Positions 46,290-55,992 of a stretch of DNA of 64,000 bases are shown here, one piece after another (the stretch's first letter is position 1; the number at the start of each line of letters is the position of its first letter). The position numbers and the translations under genes are program-made. The notes below the pieces were generated by a model. That model had not been told where the DNA came from and searched no databases. It worked only from the letters and a program-made list of their open reading frames with translations. The DNA lies in the NCBI GenBank assembly GCA_003154195.1, contig PMCS01000030.1, forward strand, positions 123,446-187,445, read 5' to 3'. Origin of the DNA: Candidatus Omnitrophota bacterium (lineage in GTDB: Bacteria > Omnitrophota > Gorgyraeia > Duberdicusellales > 4484-171).

Positions 46290-46519
46290 AAAAATAAAAA
46301 CTTTTGATATTTTAAGGATAGGTTGCAAACCTGTTCTTACCGGAATTTATATTTTCCTAAATCCGCCGGAGGCGGATTTGGGGATAAAATAACCCCGCGG
46401 TGTTTCGCGGGGTTATTTTATCAATGCTATTATATTTTATTACCTTTGTCAACTAAATATGCTATAATCCCTAATCGGTAAACGCCGCAAAAGCGCTCTT
46501 CCGGTCAGGGGATTATCGT

Positions 46520-47470
46520 ATGAATGCCGCCATAACCTTAGCTATTATAAAACTTACGTTGCTTGCCGTATTCGGTTTTTTTCTCTACCGGAAGGCGGTA
46601 ATCGATGAAAAAAGCCTTACTTTTTTAACTACCTTTCTTATCTCTTTTGCCATACCATTTTTAATTTTTTCCCGTATTGTCGCTAACCGGAAACTCCACA
46701 GCGGGTTTTCGCCGCTTTTGTTCCTGCCGATAAGCCTGGGGATATTTGTTTTGGGGCTGGTTTTAGGTTTTTTATTTTCGCTTAAACGCAATCATGATTT
46801 TAAAAAAGAATTCATCGGCCTCGTCAGCTTTCAAAACGCGTTATATCTGCCGATGAGCCTGGCGTTCGCGCTTTTTCCCGCGGCGGTCAGGGAAGAATTT
46901 CTGCTCTACGCGTTTTTGTATTTAATCGGTTTTGACGTATTGATGTGGTCGGCGGGCAGTTTCCTGATTTTTAAAAAGGAAGGCGACCGATATGATGTTA
47001 AAACTCTTTTTACGCCGCCGATAATCAGTATTGCCGTTTCTTTATTTTTAGTTTATACGGGAAGCGCTAAGTTTATTCCTTCTTTTCTTATGGATACGGT
47101 TAAGATGCTCGGCGATACCAGTTTCGTCTTTTCGATGCTGGTACTGGGTTGTTTCCTGGCTAAAATCAGCCGCGAGGGGATGTGGCGCAAATTTTTAATT
47201 ACCGCCGAAGCCTCTATCCTGAAGCTTATCGTTATGCCTCTTGTTGTTTTAATCTTTTTAGCCTATTTTAAGATATTTTCTCTTTTGGGGATGTTTATCC
47301 TGATGCAGGCGGCGATGCCTTCGGCTTCTTCCCTGCCGATCGTCGCCGGTTTACGCGGCACGGATTCAAGTTTTGTTTCGCAGGGAGTATTGTCTACGCA
47401 TGTTTTGAGCATCATTACGATTCCTTTGTGGCTGAGTTTGTATTTAAAAATATCCGGGTTTTCGTGGTAA
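46520..47470 (+). CDS. AEC-family transporter (auxin efflux carrier / Mem_trans)
   Basis: About ten TM helices with the AEC-typical two-repeat architecture. An extended -10 TGCTATAAT lies at 46460-46468. Confidence 0.75.
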   Translation: MNAAITLAIIKLTLLAVFGFFLYRKAVIDEKSLTFLTTFLISFAIPFLIFSRIVANRKLHSGFSPLLFLPISLGIFVLGLVLGFLFSLKRNHDFKKEFIGLVSFQNALYLPMSLAFALFPAAVREEFLLYAFLYLIGFDVLMWSAGSFLIFKKEGDRYDVKTLFTPPIISIAVSLFLVYTGSAKFIPSFLMDTVKMLGDTSFVFSMLVLGCFLAKISREGMWRKFLITAEASILKLIVMPLVVLIFLAYFKIFSLLGMFILMQAAMPSASSLPIVAGLRGTDSSFVSQGVLSTHVLSIITIPLWLSLYLKISGFSW

Positions 47471-47624
47471 TGCTAAACCACCGACTTCGTCGATGGTAAT
47501 TCACTATTTTTTTTGCACGGCAAAAAAATAATTACCGTCCGCTTCGCGGAAGAAGAAAAAAATAAATATAAAAATACAAAATGTATTTATGTTGTGATGC
47601 GACAATCATGAGGGGGATTCGATT

Positions 47625-48569
47625 ATGGAAGGAAAAGTTGTTTTTGCTTCCGGTAAGGCGGGCGATTACGATATCTGGTCGCTGGATCTGGCGACCAGAG
47701 AATTAGGCCAGCTTACCGACGGCGCGTATTGGAATGACTGTCCTAAATGGTCGCCTGACGGCAGGAAAATAATTTTTATTTCCAACCGCATCGGCAGCGC
47801 GCAAATCTGGATGATGGACGAAAATGGATTGAACCAGGCTCAAGTCACTGAGACAGACCGTTGGCATGGCGCTCCCGCATGGTCTCCTGATGGAAAGCGG
47901 ATCGTATTCTGCGCCAACTACGACGGTAATATCAACATTTACGTCTTGGATCTGGCCGGCGGCAATCTTCAGCGGATTACTAATGATAAAAGTAAAGATT
48001 CTCATCCGCGTTTTTCGCCCGACGGCAAGAAGATTATTTTTGTTTCGCAGCGTTCCGGCAACGATGATATCTGGGCGTATCACCTTGAAACAGGACAGTT
48101 GCGGCAGTTAACGACATGCAAACAGAAGCATTTTTACCCGGTTTATTCGCCGGACGGCCAAACCATAGTTTTTGTGCGCGGTGTGATGATGCCCGGCGGG
48201 GAAGAAAATTTAGAGATTTATCTGATGGATGAGTCCGGCGGAAATATCAGAAAGTTGACCGATAATTTAAGGTCCGAGCATTACGTTAACTGGTCTCCCG
48301 ACGGAAAATTTTTGATACACGTTTCAAGAAGATTGTCGGTGGCGGAAAGGCTTGCCGGGATGCCGTCGTTCGCGGAGAGATTGATGGTTACCGATATCGA
48401 AACAAAAAAGAGCCGTTATGTCGAATTTGACCGGGAAAAATTAAACGACGAAATCGACGTAAAAACTCCCGGCGTGGGAATTTTTGCTATCCTGCCCAAT
48501 TTTATTACCAAGCGGCTTTATCCCCAGCAGTATTTCGGCACGGAGCGTTATCCGGACTGGAAGTTATAA
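47625..48569 (+). CDS. TolB-like periplasmic beta-propeller protein (PD40 repeats)
   Basis: Repeated WSPDGK/FSPDGK/YSPDGQ/WSPDGK motifs. Confidence 0.7.
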   Translation: MEGKVVFASGKAGDYDIWSLDLATRELGQLTDGAYWNDCPKWSPDGRKIIFISNRIGSAQIWMMDENGLNQAQVTETDRWHGAPAWSPDGKRIVFCANYDGNINIYVLDLAGGNLQRITNDKSKDSHPRFSPDGKKIIFVSQRSGNDDIWAYHLETGQLRQLTTCKQKHFYPVYSPDGQTIVFVRGVMMPGGEENLEIYLMDESGGNIRKLTDNLRSEHYVNWSPDGKFLIHVSRRLSVAERLAGMPSFAERLMVTDIETKKSRYVEFDREKLNDEIDVKTPGVGIFAILPNFITKRLYPQQYFGTERYPDWKL

Positions 48570-48685
48570 AAAAATCTATAAAAAAATGGAAAAGTGTGAA
48601 AAAAATAGTATAATAATAATTTAGTAAATGTTGTCGGAAGATGCCCCATGTGAGACAAAACTAAAATTACAAAGAGGAGCCGAAG

Positions 48686-49144
48686 ATGAAGATATCGGAA
48701 TATTTGAAAAAAGAATTTTGCGTGATGGATTTGCAAGCGGTAAAAAAAGAGGATGCTATTAACGAAATCGTTTCTTGTTTGTCGGCTTGCGGCAAGGTGA
48801 AAGATAAAGAGAAATTTATCGGCGATATCCTGGAAAGAGAGAGCCTGGGCTCTACCGGCATCGGGAAAAATATCGCCATTCCTCATTCCCGGACCGGCGC
48901 CGTGGAAGGTTTTGTCATCGGTTTCGGCCGTTCGCGCGATGGTATTGATTTTAAGTCGCTCGACGGCGAAAAAGTCAATTTAGTTTTTTTGATGGGGACG
49001 AGCCTGCAGGAATTAAATTTATACTTACGGCTGTTGGCGGAACTGTCCCGGTTGTTGATGGAAAATACTTTTCGCCGCGAGCTTTTAGCGGCTAAAAGCG
49101 CCGAGGAGATTATCGATACGTTTAAAAAATTTGAAAAAACCTGA
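48686..49144 (+). CDS. ptsN: PTS EIIA type-2 domain protein (nitrogen-regulatory PtsN-like)
   Basis: Active-site His context GKNIAIPHSRT. 152 aa. RBS AAAGAGGAG. Confidence 0.7.
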   Translation: MKISEYLKKEFCVMDLQAVKKEDAINEIVSCLSACGKVKDKEKFIGDILERESLGSTGIGKNIAIPHSRTGAVEGFVIGFGRSRDGIDFKSLDGEKVNLVFLMGTSLQELNLYLRLLAELSRLLMENTFRRELLAAKSAEEIIDTFKKFEKT

Positions 49145-49146
49145 TT

Positions 49147-50367
49147 ATGAAACAATACCGCGAAGAAATACTTTCCATGGTGATGGCCGGCGGCCGGGGC
49201 GAACGTCTTTTCCCTTTGACGATGGAGCGCACCAAGCCTTCGGTTCCTTTCGGCGGGAAATACCGTATCATTGATTTCGCGCTGAGTAATTTTATAAATT
49301 CCGGGGTTTACTCGATTTATGTGCTCGTTCAATATAAATCCCAGTCGTTGATTGAACACATCAGGACCACCTGGACCAAGGGCAGTACTTTGCCGAATCA
49401 TTTCGTTACCGTGGTGCCGCCGCAGATGCGCAAAGAAAAAGAGTGGTACCGCGGCACCGCCGATTCGATTCATCAAAATATAAACCTGGTGTATGATTTT
49501 AAGCCGAGGCTGGTCGCCATCTTCGGCGGCGACCATATTTACCGGATGAATATTAAAGAAATGATTGATTATCACCTGAAGAAAAAAGCGCAGGCGACAG
49601 TTGCGGTTATTCCGATAGATTCTAAGGACGCCGGCCAGTTCGGCGTGGCTGATACGGCAAGCGACGGCCGGATTTCCAGATTTATCGAAAAACCGAAAAT
49701 GCCGAAAGGTAAAACTGTTTTGGCTTCGATGGGTAATTATATTTTTAATGCCGAATTCCTTATTGATGTTTTGGCGGAAGATGCTCGAAAAAATACCGAT
49801 CATGATTTCGGCAAGAATATTCTTCCTTTTTTAATTGAAGGTAAAAAAGCTAAAATATACGCTTATGATTTTTCTTCCAACAGGATTCCCTCGCTTAAAA
49901 AATACGAAGCCGATTATTACTGGCGGGATGTCGGTACGATTAAAAGTTATTGGGAAGCTAATATGGATTTACTGGGCAAGAATCCCAAACTTGATTTAGA
50001 CAATCAGGATTGGCCGATTTACGCTTCCAACCTCGATTGTCCGCCGGCGCATATTTCAGATTCTCAGGTGGAAAATTCTCTTATTTGTGAAGGGGCAAGG
50101 GTGGACGGCGCGATTGTGAATAATTCTATCGTGGGCCGGTCGGTAAAGATTGAGCCGGGTTGTGTAGTCCAGGATTCGATAATCCTTGATTTCAGCCGGG
50201 TAGGCGCCGGGTCGCAAGTCAAAAAAGCAATCGTGGACCGGTTTAATATTATTGACAAAAATTCTAAAGTTTACCGCGACAAAAATCTGGATTCTTCTAA
50301 ATATTTTCTTGATTCCTCGGGCATCGTGGTGGTAAAACGGGGGGCAAGAAAAGTATTTTACTTCTAA
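49147..50367 (+). CDS. glgC: glucose-1-phosphate adenylyltransferase
   Basis: Nucleotidyltransferase motif MAGGRGERLFPLT...KPSVPFGGKYRIIDF plus a C-terminal LbH domain. Confidence 0.9.
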   Translation: MKQYREEILSMVMAGGRGERLFPLTMERTKPSVPFGGKYRIIDFALSNFINSGVYSIYVLVQYKSQSLIEHIRTTWTKGSTLPNHFVTVVPPQMRKEKEWYRGTADSIHQNINLVYDFKPRLVAIFGGDHIYRMNIKEMIDYHLKKKAQATVAVIPIDSKDAGQFGVADTASDGRISRFIEKPKMPKGKTVLASMGNYIFNAEFLIDVLAEDARKNTDHDFGKNILPFLIEGKKAKIYAYDFSSNRIPSLKKYEADYYWRDVGTIKSYWEANMDLLGKNPKLDLDNQDWPIYASNLDCPPAHISDSQVENSLICEGARVDGAIVNNSIVGRSVKIEPGCVVQDSIILDFSRVGAGSQVKKAIVDRFNIIDKNSKVYRDKNLDSSKYFLDSSGIVVVKRGARKVFYF

Positions 50368-50410
50368 GTTATTTTTTTACCACGAAGACACAAAGTCGAG
50401 AAAATCAAAA

Positions 50411-50537
50411 ACCGGTTAAGGTAATGGTAAGGATGCCAGTATAGGTTAGGGTAAAGGTAAAGGCTTTAAAATTAGTATCAGCCTTTACCTTTGCCTTAGC
50501 CCAAACCGGCTTCCTTACCCTAACCCTAACCTTAGTG
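50411..50537. repeat. about 125-bp imperfect palindrome built from GGTAAGG / GGTTAGGGT short repeats (family B)
   Basis: Arms GGTTAAGGTAATGGTAAGG...GGTTAGGGTAAAGGTAAAGGC and GCCTTTACCTTTGCCTTAGCCC...CCTTACCCTAACCCTAACC. Confidence 0.55.
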
Positions 50538-50604
50538 TTCGTGCTTGTTGTGGCTAAAATATTTATAGTTTTGTTATTATATTTGGTTTGTGAGAGGTAA
50601 TATT

Positions 50605-52710
50605 ATGGCGCGTAAATATCCGTTGGAAAAAATCAGGAATATCGGAATCGTGGCGCATATCGACGCCGGTAAAACTACTACTACCGAGCGGGTGCTTTTC
50701 TATACGGGAAAATCTCATAAGTTGGGAGAGGTCCATAACGGCAGCGCGGTTATGGATTGGATGAAGCAGGAACAGGAAAGAGGAATCACTATTACCAGCG
50801 CTGCTACTACTTGTTTCTGGCAAGATTGCAGTATTACTATCATTGATACTCCCGGGCATGTCGATTTTACTGCGGAGGTGGAAAGGAGTTTACGCGTTCT
50901 TGACGGAGCGGTCGTTCTTTTTTGTGCCGTAGGCGGCGTAGAGCCGCAGAGTGAAACAGTGTGGCGCCAGTCGCAGAAATATAATGTCCCCAAGGTTGTT
51001 TTTATTAATAAAATGGATCGAGTGGGGGCTGATTTTTTTATGGTTTTAAAAGAAATACAGCATAATCTGGGCGCTAACGCCATACCTTTGCAGGTTCCTA
51101 TTGGGGCAGAAGAGAATTTTCGCGGCGTGATTGACTTGATCGAGATGAAGGCTTATATCTATGAAGAAGATTCATTGGGCAAGGAGTTTCGTATAGAAGA
51201 TATTCCTGCGGATTTAATAGCGATCGCTAAAGAATACAACCATAAGACTGTGGAAAAAGCCGTGGAGCTTGATGACAAATTGATGGAAAAGTATCTTGAG
51301 TCACAGGAATCGATTACCCCCGAAGAATTAAAAGCGGCAATCCGTAAAGGAACGGTTGCCAACAAGGTTGTTCCGGTGATCTGCGGCGCGTCTTTTAAAA
51401 ATAAAGGCGTACAGAAACTCCTTGACGCGATTATCGATTATCTTCCTTCGCCGGCGGATTTACCGCCGGTTACCGGCCACGATCCCCGGGATACCGATAA
51501 GCAGCTCGTCAGAAGTTGCGACGATAAGGAACCGTTCAGCGCGTTGGCGTTCAAAGTCCAGGCTGATTCTCACATGGGAAAACTTGTTTATTTGCGTGTT
51601 TATTCCGGCAGTCTTCCCGCCGGTACCTATATTACTAATGCCACAAAAGATAAAAAAGAAAGAATCAGCAGGATCTTCCAGATGCATGCCAACCAGCGCC
51701 AGTCTCAAGCTGAAGTTAATGCCGGCGATATTGTAGCGGTGGTAGGTTTGGAAGATACGATAACCGGCGATACTCTTTGTGATGAAAATAATCCGGTTAT
51801 ATTAGAGGCGATAGAATTTCCTACCCCGGTTATTTCCATAAGCGTCGCGCCTAAGACGCGCGCCGACCAGGATAAGCTGGGTAAGGGATTAATGCGGCTG
51901 GCAGAAGAAGACCCCACGTTCAATGTCGAGTCGGACCAGGAAACCAATGAAACTATTCTTTCCGGCATGGGCGAGCTACACCTGGAGATAATTGTCGACC
52001 GCTTAAAGCATGAATTCGGCGTTGAGGCTATCGTGGGTAAGCCTAAGGTTGCCTATAAGGAAACGATTACTCATAGCGTTGAAGAGGAATATAAGCACAT
52101 TAAGCAGTCCGGCGGCCGCGGCCAATACGGGCATGTTATTTTAAAGCTTGAGCCGGCCGATCCCGAGACCGGTTTCGAATTTATCAATGCCGTGGTAGGA
52201 GGAAGGATCCCCCGCGAATACATTCCGGCCGTAGAAAAAGGCGTAATCGAAGCGATGAAAGAAGGCGCTTATGCCGGCTATCCGGTTGTGGACGTGAAAG
52301 TCACGCTGCTCGATGGTTCATTCCACGAAGTTGATTCCAGCGAGATAGCCTTTAAGATTGCCGCCATCACTTGCTTCAAGAAAGCTTTCTTAAGGTGTTC
52401 TCCAATTTTACTTGAGCCGGAAATGTCTATGGAAATAATTTCTCCCCGAGATTTTGCCGCCAATATCGTCGGCAATCTTTGTTCCCGCCGGGGAAAAGTT
52501 TTAGGCATGGAGGAAAAGGTCGGCCAGCAAGTTATCGCTGCCAACGCTCCGCTTTCGGAGCTATTCGGTTATACTACCACTTTGCGTTCGCTTTCCAGCG
52601 GCCGCGCCAACTATTCGATGCACTTCGAAAAATACGTCCCCGTGCCGTTTGCCATCGCCGAAGCCGTAAGGGAAGAACGGGCAAAAGAAAAAGCGGCGCG
52701 TAACAAATAG
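50605..52710 (+). CDS. fusA: translation elongation factor G
   Basis: G domain [17 protein letters not shown] and NKMD motifs. 701 aa. Confidence 0.95.
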   Translation: MARKYPLEKIRNIGIVAHIDAGKTTTTERVLFYTGKSHKLGEVHNGSAVMDWMKQEQERGITITSAATTCFWQDCSITIIDTPGHVDFTAEVERSLRVLDGAVVLFCAVGGVEPQSETVWRQSQKYNVPKVVFINKMDRVGADFFMVLKEIQHNLGANAIPLQVPIGAEENFRGVIDLIEMKAYIYEEDSLGKEFRIEDIPADLIAIAKEYNHKTVEKAVELDDKLMEKYLESQESITPEELKAAIRKGTVANKVVPVICGASFKNKGVQKLLDAIIDYLPSPADLPPVTGHDPRDTDKQLVRSCDDKEPFSALAFKVQADSHMGKLVYLRVYSGSLPAGTYITNATKDKKERISRIFQMHANQRQSQAEVNAGDIVAVVGLEDTITGDTLCDENNPVILEAIEFPTPVISISVAPKTRADQDKLGKGLMRLAEEDPTFNVESDQETNETILSGMGELHLEIIVDRLKHEFGVEAIVGKPKVAYKETITHSVEEEYKHIKQSGGRGQYGHVILKLEPADPETGFEFINAVVGGRIPREYIPAVEKGVIEAMKEGAYAGYPVVDVKVTLLDGSFHEVDSSEIAFKIAAITCFKKAFLRCSPILLEPEMSMEIISPRDFAANIVGNLCSRRGKVLGMEEKVGQQVIAANAPLSELFGYTTTLRSLSSGRANYSMHFEKYVPVPFAIAEAVREERAKEKAARNK

Positions 52711-52869
52711 GTTATTTTTTACGCAGTAAAAAATAACCTTGGACCGCTGGCGCGGATCGGGAAAGTTCCGGTTCAGGCATTTTTCCCGGTTTGGCAAACT
52801 CTTTCAAAATACCTCAACTCCCCGAGTCAAATCAATCCGGGAAAATCGATAACCCTTTATTCTCCTTCG

Positions 52870-53000
52870 CTGAAGTTCGCCTTCGCCAAGACTTCGGCGA
52901 GATTCCTCCGAAGCTCGAAGAGCGAAGGAGAACTTCGGCGAAATCTCTCCGAAGCTAAAAAAAAGCGAAGGAGGACTTCGGAGAAATGAAGCTATATGTC
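52870..53000. repeat. three roughly 40-bp tandem direct repeats (CTTCGGCGAGATTCCTCCGAAGCT... variants)
   Basis: Each unit carries a GAAG...CTTC hairpin. A family A-like palindrome GGTTATTTTTTACGCAGTAAAAAATAACC lies at 52711-52740. Confidence 0.5.
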
Positions 53001-53053
53001 GCGGGGAGGAAATTTGGGCTTCATTATTTTCTCCTTGGTGGTAAAATCTTATT

Positions 53054-53878
53054 GTGATTATTACCGATAAAAATAAAAATATTCTTTATCGCAAATGGGT
53101 GGCCGGCAACACGAAGGAGGTATTTCTCCTGGTGCACGGCCTGGGTGGCCATAGCGAGCGCTGGGAAGAATTTGCGAAGTTCTTTTTGTCTTACGGCATA
53201 AGTTCTTACGCGATAGAATTGAGGGGTTTCGGCGAAACACCGGAACTTAAAGGGCATATCCCGTCATTTGAACAATATTACGGCGATATCCTTGCTCTCT
53301 GCCAAGTAATAAGGAATGAAAACCCGGATAAGAAGATTTTTCTGGCCGGGGAAAGCCTGGGTGGTTTACTTGCTTTTAAAATATCCTGCCGGTATTGGGA
53401 TTTTTTTAGCGGGTTGGCCTGTATCGCTCCGGTTTTTTCCGACAGATTAAAGGCTTCGCTGTTGGAGTATTTGCGGGTATTCTTTGCTCTTTTTTTTAAT
53501 CCCCGCAGACAATTCATCGTTCCTTTAGACGCGGCGATGCTTACGCGTGATCCCGTTTATCAGGAAAAGCTAGATACCGACAGCCGGGAGCATCGTTTTG
53601 TCACCAGCCGGATGATTTTTAATATCTTTGCCTTGCAGGCGCAAACACGATTTTCTAAAAACACCATCAAGCTGCCGGTATTGTTTTTGCTGGCCGGGGA
53701 TGACCGGGTAGTCAAGAATAGCGCCGGCCGGAAAGTTTTTGAGCGTTTGCAGTCGGAGGATAAAACCATAATCGAATATCCCGGCGCGCGCCACGCGCTT
53801 TCCATCGATTCGGACCGGGATAAAATGTTTAAGGATATTCTGGAGTGGGTGAGGCAAAGGCTGAAGGATGAGGGATGA
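53054..53878 (+). CDS. alpha/beta hydrolase (lysophospholipase / monoacylglycerol lipase-like)
   Basis: GESLGG nucleophile elbow and an HGLGGHSERW motif. GTG start. Confidence 0.7.
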   Translation: MIITDKNKNILYRKWVAGNTKEVFLLVHGLGGHSERWEEFAKFFLSYGISSYAIELRGFGETPELKGHIPSFEQYYGDILALCQVIRNENPDKKIFLAGESLGGLLAFKISCRYWDFFSGLACIAPVFSDRLKASLLEYLRVFFALFFNPRRQFIVPLDAAMLTRDPVYQEKLDTDSREHRFVTSRMIFNIFALQAQTRFSKNTIKLPVLFLLAGDDRVVKNSAGRKVFERLQSEDKTIIEYPGARHALSIDSDRDKMFKDILEWVRQRLKDEG

Positions 53879-53899
53879 GAGAAGAAGGACGAAAGAATA

Positions 53900-54045
53900 G
53901 TGTTGGAGTGTCAGAGAAAAACCGAAGGACGTGGGACGTCCGCGGTAGTAACCGCTGGGACGAAGGACGAGCGTCAAAGTGTCAGGGCGTCAGAGCGGTT
54001 TTTAACTATGACGCTGTGACGCTATGACACTTTGACACTATAATA
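53900..54045. repeat. palindromic short-repeat element (GTCAAAGTGTCAGGGCGTCAGAGCG / CGCTGTGACGCTATGACACTTTGAC)
   Basis: Inverted arms built from GTCA/GACG-type short repeats. Confidence 0.45.
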
Positions 54046-54057
54046 ATTGCGGTGATT

Positions 54058-55539
54058 ATGGAGTATATCTTAGCCATTGACCAGGGGACGACCGGCAGCC
54101 GTGCTGTTGTCTACGATAAATACGGGAAAAAAATCGCCGCTTCTTATCATGAATTTAAACAGTATTTTCCCCGGCCCGGCTGGGTTGAGCATAATCCGCG
54201 GGAAATCTGGCAAAGCGTAAACAATTCTATCCAGGAAGTCCTTAAAGACATTCCCGCCGCTTCGATCGCCGCAATCGGTATTACCAACCAGCGTGAAACA
54301 ACAATCGTCTGGGACAAGGATACCGGTAAGCCCGTCTACAATGCCATTGTCTGGCAGTGCCGGCGTACTGCCGCGGCTTGTGACGCGTTGAAAAATAAAA
54401 GAGGCGAAGGGGAATTTTTCCGTTCGCGCACCGGCCTGCCGATTGACGCTTATTTCAGCGCGACCAAGCTGGCCTGGATCCTGAAAAATGTCCCCGGCGC
54501 TTTGCCTAAAGCAAAAAAAGGAAAACTTCTATTCGGCACAACCGACAGCTGGGTTTTATGGCAATTGACCGGCGCCATGGTTCACGCCACTGATTATACC
54601 AATGCCGGCCGCACCATGCTGTTTAATATCAACAAATTAGAGTGGGATAAGGATATTCTTGGTAAATTCAATATCCCTTCGCTAATACTGCCGCGGGCTT
54701 TGCCGTCTTCGGGCATCTTCGGCGTAAGCGCTAAAATTGGAAGACTGGGGCAGGGCATCCCCATATCTGGTATTGCCGGTGACCAGCAGGCGGCATTATT
54801 CGGCCAGGCCTGTTTCGCGCCGGGTACGCTGAAGAATACCTATGGCACCGGGGCATTTATGCTGCTCAATACCGGCAAAAACCGGCCGGTCTCAAAATAC
54901 GGCTTGATCACTACTCTTGCCTGTGGCCCGCAAGCGGAGCCGGTTTATGCCTTGGAGGGATCAATCTTTATCGCCGGCGCGGCAATCCAGTGGCTGCGCG
55001 ACGGGCTTAAGATTTTAGACAAAGCTTCCCAGTCGCAGGATTTAGCGTTAGCGTTAAAAGACAATGAAGGCGTATATTTTGTCCCGGCGTTGACCGGCCT
55101 GGGCGCGCCTTATTGGGACCAGAATGCCCGGGGCCTGATAAATGGTATCACGCGGGGAACCACTCGCCAGCACCTGGCGCGGGCGGCGCTGGAAGCGATG
55201 TGCTACCAGACTATGGACGTGATGACGGCGATGAAAAAAGACAGCGGCTTGAGCATAAAAGATTTGAAGATTGACGGCGGCGCGTCCGCCAACGATTTTT
55301 TATGCCAGTTCCAGGCGGATATCTCCGGGGTAAATGTCCTGCGTCCGCGGGTCATCGAGACTACTTCCCTGGGCGCGGCGTACCTGGCGGGTTTGGCCGT
55401 AGGGTATTGGAAAAATACCGGCGAGATTAAAAAATGCTGGCGGCTCGACCGCGTTTTTAAGCCGAAGATGCAAAGAGCGCAAGCGCGTAAGTTCTACGAA
55501 GGGTGGCAGGGGGCGGTAGCCAAGACGTTAACTATTTGA
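54058..55539 (+). CDS. glpK: glycerol kinase
   Basis: FGGY family. N-terminus YILAIDQGTTGSRAVVYD. Confidence 0.9.
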   Translation: MEYILAIDQGTTGSRAVVYDKYGKKIAASYHEFKQYFPRPGWVEHNPREIWQSVNNSIQEVLKDIPAASIAAIGITNQRETTIVWDKDTGKPVYNAIVWQCRRTAAACDALKNKRGEGEFFRSRTGLPIDAYFSATKLAWILKNVPGALPKAKKGKLLFGTTDSWVLWQLTGAMVHATDYTNAGRTMLFNINKLEWDKDILGKFNIPSLILPRALPSSGIFGVSAKIGRLGQGIPISGIAGDQQAALFGQACFAPGTLKNTYGTGAFMLLNTGKNRPVSKYGLITTLACGPQAEPVYALEGSIFIAGAAIQWLRDGLKILDKASQSQDLALALKDNEGVYFVPALTGLGAPYWDQNARGLINGITRGTTRQHLARAALEAMCYQTMDVMTAMKKDSGLSIKDLKIDGGASANDFLCQFQADISGVNVLRPRVIETTSLGAAYLAGLAVGYWKNTGEIKKCWRLDRVFKPKMQRAQARKFYEGWQGAVAKTLTI

Positions 55540-55548
55540 TCAGTCGGT

Positions 55549-55932
55549 TTGGGCAGAAATGTTGTATTTTTGTCGCGCTCCCGCAATTTTGACATCAATT
55601 GTGTCGACCCGATACAAAATAATAAAATATCCAATAATCATGAAATAAATCATAGCGGGCGGACACACCGGTCCGCCCTTACAATATCCGGTATAATCCA
55701 ATGGTTTAAAACAATGACAACGAATAAATATATTCAAAATATCGAAAATAATAATTGGTCGTCATTTGTCAAATGTCTATGGCAACGTAATTTCCACGAC
55801 CATGTTATACGTAACGACAAATCGTTGGGTAAAATCCGGGAATATATAATCAATAATCCTGCAACCTGGAATAATGATATTGAAAATCCCGATAGAACAG
55901 GCAGTATGGAATCAAAATTGATTGAGGTTTAA
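55549..55932 (+). pseudogene. remnant (C-terminal part) of a REP-associated tyrosine transposase (RayT / IS200-like HUH family)
   Basis: IQWFKTMTTNKYIQN...WQRNFHDHVIRNDKSLGKIREYIINNPATW matches the characteristic RayT C-terminal segment. No N-terminal HUH motif is present, so the gene is truncated. Confidence 0.45.
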
Positions 55933-55992
55933 CCAACTTATCCAGCGGATTTTTGCGTCAGACAAAATATGTAAAATAAAAATTAAAAATTT

